Program-made: the position numbers and the translations under genes
Part shown: positions 50,387-59,450 of the stretch, piece after piece
Numbering within the stretch: position 1 is the first letter of the stretch
How the letters are laid out: every line of letters begins with the position of its first letter
Origin: Haliotis cracherodii
Lineage: Eukaryota
NCBI RefSeq assembly: GCF_022045235.1
Contig: NW_027266300.1
Coordinates: 248,001 to 312,000 of the forward strand
DNA: 64,000 nucleotides
Direction: 5' to 3'
The notes under the pieces: model-generated
The model's database searches: none
What the model was told of the DNA's origin: nothing
The model's input: the letters and a program-made list of their open reading frames with translations, nothing else

Positions 50387-52028
50387 ACTTTTGAGGCAAT
50401 AACAAGATCAAATTAAGATAAAGAGAATTGGGAACGTGAGAAAAGGTGTGCTCTCCTATCAGGACAATGCACCAGTGCACAAATCAGTCATTGCTATGGC
50501 TACAATCCATGATTCCATCAGGAACAACTCCTGATCTGGGTGTGTCTACCTTCCTCCTGCCTCTGTCCGCCTTCCTCCTGCCTCTGTCCGCCTTCCTCCT
50601 GCCTCTGTCCGCCTTCCTCCTGGCTGTGTCCGACTTCCTTTCGGCTGTGTCCGACTTCCTTCTGGCTGTGTCCGACTTCCTTCTGACTGTGTCTGCCTTC
50701 CTCCTGCCTCTGTCCGCCTTCCTCCTGCCTCTGTCCGCCTTCCTCCTGGCTGTGTCCGACTTCCTTTCGGCTGTGTCCGACTTCCTCCTGGCTGTGTCCG
50801 CCTTCCTCCTGCCTCTGTCCGACTTCCTTCTGGCTGTGTCTGACTTCCTTCTGGCTGTGTCCGACTTCCTTCTGGCTGTGTCCGCCTTCCTCCTGGCTGT
50901 GTCTGACTTCCTCCTGCCTCTGTCCGCCTTCCTCCTGGCTGTGTCTGCCTTCCTCCTGGCTGTGTCCGACTTCCTTCTGGCTGTGTCTGACTTCCTTCTG
51001 GCTGTGTCCGCCTTCCTCCTGGCTCTGTCTGACTTCCTCCTGCCTCTGTCCGCCTTCCTCCTGGCTGTGTCCGACTTCCTCCTGGCTGTGTCTGACTTCC
51101 TCCTGCCTCTGTCCGCCTTCCTCCTGGCTGTGTCTGCCTTCCTCCTGGCTGTGTCTGACTTCCTCCTGCCTCTGTCCGCCTTCCTTCTGGCTGTGTCCGA
51201 CTTACTTCTGGCTGTGTCTGACTTCCTCCTAGCTGTGTCTGACTTCCTCCTGCCTCTGTCCGCCTTCCTCCTGGCTGTGTCCGACTTCCTCCTGGCTGTG
51301 TCCGACTTCCTCCTGGCTGTGTCCGACTTCCTTCTGGCTGTGTCCGCCTTCCTCCTGCCTCTGTCCGCCTTCCTCCTGCCTCTGTCCGACTTCCTTCTGG
51401 CTGTGTCCGCCTTCCTCCTGGCTCTGTCCGCCTTCCTCCTGGCTCTGTCCGACTTCCTCCTGGCTGTGTCCGACTTCCTCCTGGCTGTGTCCGACTTCCT
51501 CCTGGCTGTGTCCGACTTCCTCCTGGCTGTGTCTGACTTCCTCCTGGCTGTGTCTGACTTCCTCCTGGCTGTGTCCGACTTCCTCCTGGCTGTGTCTGAC
51601 GTCCTCCTGGCTGTGTCCGACTTCCTCCTGGCTGTGTCCGCCTTCCTCCTGGCTGTGTCCGACTTCCTCCTGGCTGTGTCCGACTTCCTCCTGGCTGTGT
51701 CCGACTTCCTCCTGGCTGTGTCTGACGTCCTCCTGGCTGTGTCTGACTTCCTCCTGGCTGTGTCTGACTTCCTCCTGGCTGTGTCCGACTTCCCTCTGCT
51801 CTCAAACATAACGAAAGCTCCAGCCGGAACCCATTTTGACTTGAATGATGATATAATAGCTGTTGAGAATGTTTTGGACAGCTAAGATAAGGACTTCTAC
51901 GAAACTGGGATAAAATCCCTCCAACATCATCAGCATACTTGAAGGGGATTATTCTTTAAATATATATCAGTTTAATTTCTTAATGTGAAGTCTATGTGAG
52001 GTTCATAACTTATGATTACTGCTTGTAT
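50387..52028 (+). mobile_element. mariner (DD34D-type) transposase 3' relic interrupted by a minisatellite
   Basis: KGVLSYQDNAPVHKSVIAMATIHD ... PDL[..]LAVSDFPLLSNITKAPAGTHFDLNDDIIAVENVLDS*DKDFYETGIKSLQH matches the mariner C-terminus (HDNAxxH, SPDLAPSDF..F, FY..GI..L). Confidence 0.85.
50536..51795 (+). repeat. 21-bp minisatellite (~60 copies)
   Basis: Unit CTGGCTGTGTCCGACTTCCTC (LAVSDFL) with variants. Confidence 0.97.
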
Positions 52029-52325
52029 AGTGTCATGTCTTTGTAGCTGAACAGAATATTGTAAAGACAAACGTGTGTTTTGGATTTGGGTTCGTTAAGG
52101 TATATTTAACTGTGCCAATGAATTGCAAGGCTCTTTTCAATTGTCATCCGGATCTCAGCCCTGCCCCCATGTTGGACCGATGGGTATTTGATTCATGTCA
52201 CTTCTTTAGTGTGTGCCCTTTGATGCGTGTTATCATTAAACTATAACACATTTATAACATGATTAATAATGTGTAATTTGATTTCTGTTTTCAGGCAAAT
52301 ACTTGGCTGTCATCCATTACGATTT

Positions 52326-52389
52326 TCTTGTGTATGAAAGGTCAAGAATAAAGGACTAAGGTCACAACCTTGACCTGGATGATTCAAGG
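52326..52389 (+). promoter_or_regulatory. SECIS element (type II-like) of SELENOW, in a probable non-coding last exon starting at 52295
   Basis: Helix I CTTG/CAAG; core ATGAA (52334-38) with GGAT (52377-80); helix II AGGTCAAG (52339-46) pairs with CTTGACCT (52369-76); unpaired AAA 11 nt after the core; mini-stem GAC/GTC. Candidate 3' UTR intron 50068-52294 (CAG|GTGCAC ... TTTCTGTTTTCAG); distal AATAAA at 53063-53068. Confidence 0.88.
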
Positions 52390-53082
52390 TCAATCTCCTG
52401 GTGACTTTCAACTTTTTGTTCCCTTGACAACTGTTTGAACTAGTACAATGTAAAACCCTCATAAAGCTGTGAGTTCAGTCTTCATGTGCCTCAGGGAATG
52501 TCTTCCGTATACATGTTGTCGTTGACATTTGATTAATAGTTGACACGTGTGACATTCTTCTCTTTCTTCTGACTTGAGGATGAAAATTGCTGTGCTACAT
52601 CACAACATCTGTATACACAGGGATGTGCCATCTCCACGGAAACGCAGAAAATCACGGTTTTTAAAACAGTGGTCCTCGGGCATATAATCATAAATTAAAA
52701 AAAACATTCCAAAAATTATGATTGAAAACAAGACAACCGCCGCAGGTTGTACTGTTTTTGATCAGAGCTTTCAGCAGCATAGGTTTTCGGACATCAAACG
52801 TTTTCTTTCATGAATATTTGCACTTTAACTAGGGGTGTTGTGTCACATAGAAATTGTAAATACTCCGTCAGATGATGGCTTTTTTTTTTAAGATAAAGAT
52901 AAAGATTAAGATAGCCTATAAGTGAACGAGATGTTTTACAGTTGTTCATGTGATTAACGAGAAAACTATGAATGATTGAGTGTATTACACCACGTCATAT
53001 TGCTTTTTGTTGTATGTGATCTGGTAAAACTCAGTTTGGAAATAACTTTTACTTCCTTCTGTAATAAAATGTTTCACCAGTA

Positions 53083-53238
53083 TTGTCATGTGTTTCTTGT
53101 CGTGTGTTTCTTGTCATGTGTTTCTTGTCGTGTGTTTCTTGTCATGTGTTTCTTGTTTCTTGTCGTGTGTTTCTTGTCATGTGTTTCTTGTCGTGTGTTT
53201 CTTGTCATGTGTTTCTTGTCGTGTGTTTCTTGTCATGT
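53083..53238 (+). repeat. 14-bp tandem repeat at the tail of a SINE B copy
   Basis: Unit TTGTC(A/G)TGTGTTTC. Confidence 0.9.
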
Positions 53239-53447
53239 TTAACGTCGCACTCAGCAATATTCCACCTGTATGACCTGGGTCTATTAACAATCAAGTCTGT
53301 ACCATGAGCATTGATCCACACCATTGGGATACGATGACATGCATCAACCAGGTCAGCAAGCCTGACCACCAGATCTTACGACAAGCATAGTCGTCTTTTA
53401 TGGCAAGCATGGGTTGCTGAAGACCTATTCTGCCCTGGATCTTCACA
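53236..53447 (-). mobile_element. SINE-like family B copy
   Basis: TTTAACGTCGCACTCAGCAATATTCCA ... GCATGGGTTGCTGAAGACCTATTC ... GGATCTTCAC. Confidence 0.82.
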
Positions 53448-53684
53448 GTAATGATTGCTCTGTAGCTCACCTTGTGTAGATATTCACACAGGGAACAAAC
53501 ATCTCATCTCTGCGTCGTGAGAAGTAAGGTAAAGAGTTGATGGAAACATATTTATGATCATCCTGACAGAATCATATCCATAGCAGACGCTTGTAATGGT
53601 GGTGAGTGAGTGAGTTAAATTTAATGTCGCATCTGCATTATTTCAGCCATATGGCGACAAAGTTTTCATGATGGACGTGTAAGC

Positions 53685-54462
53685 CCTCCACCTGCCATGC
53701 ATCTCCTCCACCTGCCATGCTTCTCCTCCACCTGCCATGCATCTCCTCCACCTGTCAGACCTCTCCTCCACCTGCCATGCCTCTCCTTCACCTGCCAGAC
53801 CTCTCCTCCACCTGCCATGCCTCTCCTTCACCTGCCAGACCTCTCCTCCACCTGCCATGCCTCTCCTTCACCTGCCAGACCTCTCCTCCACCTGCCATGC
53901 CTCTCCTTCACCTGCCAGACCTCTCCTCCACCTGCCAGACCTCTCCTCCACCTGCCAGACCTCTCCTCCACCTGTCATACCTCTACTCCACCTGTCATAC
54001 CTCTCCTCCACCTGCCATGCCTCTCCTTCACCTGCCAGACCTCTCCTCCACCTGCCAGACCTCTCCTCCACCTGCCAGACCTCTCCTCCACCTGTCATAC
54101 CTCTACTCCACCTGTCATACCTCTCCTCCACCTGTCATACCTCTACTCCACCTGTCATACCTCTCCTCCACCTGCCATACATCTCCTCCACCTGTCATAC
54201 CTCTCCTCCACCTGTCATACCTCTCCTCCACCTGTCATGCCTCTACTCCACCTGTCATACCTCTACTCCACCTGTCATACCTCTCCTCCACCTGCCAGAC
54301 CTCTACTCCACCTGTCATACCTCTCCTCCACCTGCCATACCTCTCCTCCACCTGCCAGACCTCTCCTCCACCTGTCATGCCTCTACTCCACCTGTCATAC
54401 CTCTCCTCCACCTGCCATACCTCTCCTCCACCTGTCATGCCTCTCCTCCACCTGCCATACCT
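53685..54462 (+). repeat. 20-bp minisatellite (~38 copies)
   Basis: Unit CTCTCCTCCACCTG(C/T)CA(T/G)(A/G)C. Confidence 0.96.
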
Positions 54463-54475
54463 GTTCTCCACGGGA

Positions 54476-54576
54476 GCCCCAGTAGCAACAGCCCAGTAGC
54501 AGCAGCCCCAGTAGCAGCAGCCCCAGTAGCAACAGCCCAGTAGCAGCAGCCCCAGTAGCAGCAGCCCCAGTAGCCC
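54476..54576 (+). repeat. 14-15-bp tandem repeat
   Basis: Unit GCCCCAGTAGCAGCA. Confidence 0.9.
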
Positions 54577-54887
54577 CCAACATGGCCTCGCTGTATCCCA
54601 CCCAACATGACCTCGCTGTGTCACACTGACGTGGGTAGAGGTCCATTGTTCTCCAGAAATATTCTCCACTCTGTACAAATTAGGTCGGGACAAGGAGGCT
54701 AGTCTTCTGAATCATGCACATGACTTTGTTGACACTGGTGTCACGTACATCCCCCGACACCAGTAGAAAGACACCGGCAGCAGGACACAAGGTAGGTGGG
54801 AGTGTTACATGAAGGGAGACAGAATTCTGGTGGAACATACGATAGTTCCTCAAAATGTGGAGGTATGTGGTTCTTCAGAAATACTAG

Positions 54888-55305
54888 GGAAGGAATGAGT
54901 AAAGGAGTGGGTGAAGGAATGAGAAAAGGAGTGGGTGACGGAATGAGTGAAGGAATGGGTGAAGGAATGAGTAAAGGAATGGGTGAAGGAATGAGTAAAG
55001 GAGTGGGTGAAGGAATGAGTAAAGGAATGGGTGAAGGAATGAGTAAAGGAATGGGTGAAGGAATGAGTAAAGGAGTGGGTGAAGGAATGAGTAAAGGAGT
55101 GGGTGAAGGAATGAGTAAAGGAATGGGTGAAGGAATGAGTAAAGGAATGGGTGAAGGAATGAGTAAAGGAGTGGGTGAAGGAATGAGTAAAGGAGTGGGT
55201 GTAGGAATGAGTAAAGGAATGGGTGAAGGAATGAGTAAAGGAGTGGATGAAGGAATGAGTAAAGGAGTGGGTGAAGGAATGAGTAAAGGAATGGGTGAAG
55301 GATGA
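54888..55305 (+). repeat. 24-bp (2x12) purine-rich minisatellite
   Basis: Unit GAAGGAATGAGTAAAGGA(A/G)TGGGT. Confidence 0.96.
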
Positions 55306-55727
55306 TTCAATGAAGGGTGAGTCAGTGAAGGGAGGCGGTTAGGCAGTGATTGAAGGAGGCAGTGAATGAAACATGTTTTCGAATAATATTAGTTTGAAGC
55401 TTATTAGCAACATGAATTAAGAAATGTCAGCCTTACGCAATCGGATAGATAGGTGAGTAACGCCAATGACATCCATTGTTGCCCTGATCTCTTGGAGTCG
55501 AGCAGAATGACACGACTTGAAAAAGTAAAACATGATCTTTACTCATAAATAAAACAGACACTTGACCAAGCAACACGTCAAGGAATACTTAAATACAAGT
55601 GCAATGTCAAAACACTAACATTGTAAACTGTTCAACAATGTTATGACAATAAAATCATAAATCATCTCGACTTCAAGGTGGTGAATCACAATTTGGCCGT
55701 GCATGTTAATCTACGGCGCACAATTTT

Positions 55728-56151
55728 CGTGTTTCTTGGCAGCCTGGGACTCGCACACCTGTTTCTTGGGAGCCTGAGACTCGCACACGTGTTTCTTGGG
55801 AGCCTGAGACTCGCACACGTGTTTCTTGGGAGCCTGAGACTCGCACACCTGTTTCTTGGGAGCCTGAGACTCGCACACCTGTTTCTTGGGAGCCTGAGAC
55901 TCGCACACCTGTTTCTTGGGAGCCTGAGACTCGCATACCTGTTAATTGGGTGCATGAGACTCGCACACGTGTTTCTTGGGGGCCTGAGACTCGCACACCT
56001 GTTTCTTGGGAGCCTGAGACTCGCACACGTGTTTCTTGGGAGCCTGAGACTCGCACACGTGTTTCTTGGGAGCCTGAAACTCGCATACCTGTTTCTTGGG
56101 AGCCTGAGACTCGCACACCTGTTTCTTGGGAGCCTTAGACTCGCACACGTA
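55728..56151 (+). repeat. 30-bp minisatellite (14 copies)
   Basis: Unit GTTTCTTGGGAGCCTGAGACTCGCACAC(C/G)T. Confidence 0.96.
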
Positions 56152-57929
56152 TTTTTTTTCTAACAGTGACATGCACACCATGACCACTGAGGTATCAGGT
56201 GCTCATTAAAACAATTTTGTTCAGCCGTACATTGTTTACCCAATACGCTTTCCTGAAAACCAACGTCTACGCGCCGTGCGTATGCTGCAAACAGGACATT
56301 TTTTAGATGGCAGACCTTTTATTTTTTATCATAACACACAATATCATATCCTTGGAACTACAGCAGGGCAACACTCATGGACTTGCCACGGGCCGAATGT
56401 CCACATGTGACGTCACGTCAACAAGACAACCATATTCAGTTGGTGCATCTACGAAATCTATACCAAACTGCCACATGAACAGCTCGGGCAATTCCTGGGC
56501 TGAGAGCAATCAGTGGCAGAACCGTCCGCAACTGGTCGAGGGAGCACAACGTCCGGTCCCGACGTCCAGCGATACGCCCAATTGTGCTTCCACGTCATCG
56601 TCAGGCACGCCTTGCTTGGTGAAGAAATCATCTGATGTTCAGAAGACAAGACTGGGACAGTATCCTGTTCACAGATTGGTCCAAGTTTTATCTAGACAGC
56701 TCTGATGTTCGTGCAGGGGTCTAGAGGCGTCCACGTTGTAGCAGATATAGCCAACCCATACGTTGCACGTGCTGTAACAGACAGGCAGCATAACATTGCT
56801 GTACTGCCTTGACTGGCTGTTTCTCACGACATCTCCCTTCAAAAAAACATGTATGGGATGAGATAGAGAGAGACACCTACGACAGCACCAGAACCTGCCG
56901 GCATCGCTGATTTAGACCGGATTTTGGTTAACCATCTGGTGTCTTCAATGCCCCGCTGCTGCCTCGCCTGTATCAACGAAAATGGTATTCACTCACTGAG
57001 CTGTGATACCACCTCTCTTTAAAGGCGTGGCGCTCTGTGTCCTGTTACCCAGGTATGGAATTTGACGATGAATTTGTTCTGAAAAAAAACAGTTATCAGA
57101 CGAATGACCAAACATTATGTTGTTATTTTCAATAACATAACATTTACACAGTTACTTTTTCCGTTGGTATAAAAAACAACAACTATAGGTACACTCTGCC
57201 AACCCATCATATAAACCCTTGAAAACCTTGGAAAAAGCAAGCTCGTTGTATTGATTAGATGCGTTTACTGCCAGAAACACCTTCAAAGATGTGTTTCTGA
57301 GATTAGTTCAACGTCCGATAACATTAGGAAACCTGTAATATATATGATTGACTGTACTTGAAAAAAGAATAAAATAACAAGAAAACACATTTCATGCGTG
57401 TTTATTTGACTGCCACATATATATATACATATATATATATATGCGACCCGTGAAGAATAGGTTCCTGTGTGTAGAACCCGGATGGTTTATCAAACTTTGA
57501 CACTGACTCGGTTGTACTACGTTCATTACCTGTTTGTTACTCTGTGGGCAATACCCAGGCCACCTCAATGTACCAGGAATACATAAACGAACTGAAACAT
57601 TACATGTTCTTTTGTTTCAGATGGCTGCCGCCAGAAAGCTGGAGAGTCTGAATGAGAACTTCTTGACCTGTTCCATTTGTACGGAGGGATACAAAGACAC
57701 ACCTTCTGTAAGGGCTGCCTGGGGAAATTCCTGAAGACCAGACAAGACGCCATCAGAGCCAAGTCCATCCCATGTCCCTACTGTCGTCAGATGAGTTCCC
57801 CAGCCTGACAGACCAGTGGAGGAGTGGGTGAAACAGATCAAGCCCAGTTTCCTCATACGGGGACTTCTGGACACTCTAGCCTGTGGGGGAAATACCACTG
57901 ATGGTAAGTTAACGTAATGAAAAAAGGCG

Positions 57930-59450
57930 AAAGATCATCTCAACATTCTTGAAGCTTCTCTTGAATTAAGCCTGGAGAACGGAACATCGGTGGTTCTATC
58001 CCCGGGTACAAGAACTGGTTCCAGAACATCTTGGATGTACTGATTCCCCGTGAGATTGTACTGTATTGCGTACAGGTTCAGCTTGTCTCACGTTCCTCGC
58101 GCGATAACATGCTGAACCTGGACGCCAAATCAGTACTGAGTCTCTGCCATAAGGGGCGCACGTTGGCCTGATGTTCCTGGGTGTATGGGCCGTATTCAGG
58201 TGCCTCCCTGACACAAGCAGAACCTGCTCTCGTCCAACCAATGGATCGTCCTCCAGGTTCTCAGATCCCAAGCCCGAGGTGCTTATCACCATGCCAGATG
58301 GAGCCTCTGATCTGCCGGAAGGGGGCTTTTGATGACACCCTGGGCGCCATTCCTGCTGCTCTGAAGCGGTTCCTGAACATTCAACATACACCGATTGTCA
58401 CTTGATGACACGACACTTTGCAAATGCCTGCCGCTGTACTAATCGAAGCAGTGCCCTGTCTTTCTGATCGTGGAAGGTTCTTCACGGCATTGGTTTGAGC
58501 ATGCTTTCTCACCAATCGTCTGCTTACAGTGTAATGGTGGCCCGGTTGATGCCCCATACCTTTGAAGGAGAAGGCATTCCGAGTATTTGTCATCTTGCGC
58601 CTCTGATATCCTCCTTCGAGACATGTTCACAGGGAATCATGAACCCTTGCCTCTGATATCCTCCTTTGAGACATGTTCACAGGGAATCATGAACCCTTGC
58701 CTCTGATATCCTCCTTCGAGACATGTTCACAGGGAATCATGAACCCTTGCCTCTGATATCCTCCTTCGAGACATGTTCACAGGGAATCATGAACCCTTGC
58801 CTCTGATATCCTCCTTCGAGACATGTTCACAGGGAATCATGAACCCTTGCCTCTGATATCCTCCTTCGAGACATGTTCACAGGGAATCATGAACCCTTGC
58901 CTCTGATATCCTCCTTCGAGACATGTTCACAGGGAATCATGAACCCTTGCCTCTGATATCCTCCTTCGAGACATGTTCACAGGGAATCATGAACCCTTGC
59001 CTCTGATATCCTCCTTCGAGACATGTTCACAGGGAATCATGAACCCTTGCCTCTGATATCCTCCTTCGAGACATGTTCACAGGGAATCATGAACCCTTGC
59101 AAGGCAGAGGATTTAAATACCCACACTTGACGCTTGATGCCTGATGCAATTTGGAGAATGCATGAGTGGCAAGCTGCACGTGCATGCCATGGTGAATTCT
59201 GATGTCACCTTCAAACATGAACGGTCGGATCCGTACTATGGAACTCCATTCTTGTCATAATCCACATTGTCATGATGCCAATACAACCGAAGTTAATGGT
59301 GACATGTTGTAACTCTTTATCTCAGCAGATGCTAAACTTTTGTACAGGTGGATTGTCCCAGGGTAATGTGTCTGTGTGGAGAATGGATATGTTAAACCAC
59401 ACAATGGTCAGAATTTGCACTTTTATTTGATTGACCTCATTACGTTTATA
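57930..59450 (-). mobile_element. decayed Tc1-family element in the TRIM intron
   Basis: MSRRRISEAQ start, VKNLPRS, RALLRLV, RNRFRAAG, NLTGNQYIQDVLEPVLVP fragments; boundaries approximate. Confidence 0.7.
58600..59100 (+). repeat. 50-bp minisatellite (10 copies) containing the Tc1 transposase start codon
   Basis: Unit CTCTGATATCCTCCTTCGAGACATGTTCACAGGGAATCATGAACCCTTGC; the - strand reads ATG TCT CGA AGG AGG ATA TCA GAG. Confidence 0.96.

Noticed and set aside
50446-51885. 479-aa, 441-aa and 419-aa ORFs as real proteins
   Set aside because: They arise from a stop-free 21-bp minisatellite inside a mariner relic within an intron.
52578-52626. Second SECIS (ATGAA...GGAT)
   Set aside because: No continuous helix II adjacent to the core and no correctly spaced AAA.
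53697-56187. Pro/His-rich, GMSKG and LAHLFLGS repeat ORFs
   Set aside because: All coincide with minisatellites; no splice or domain support.
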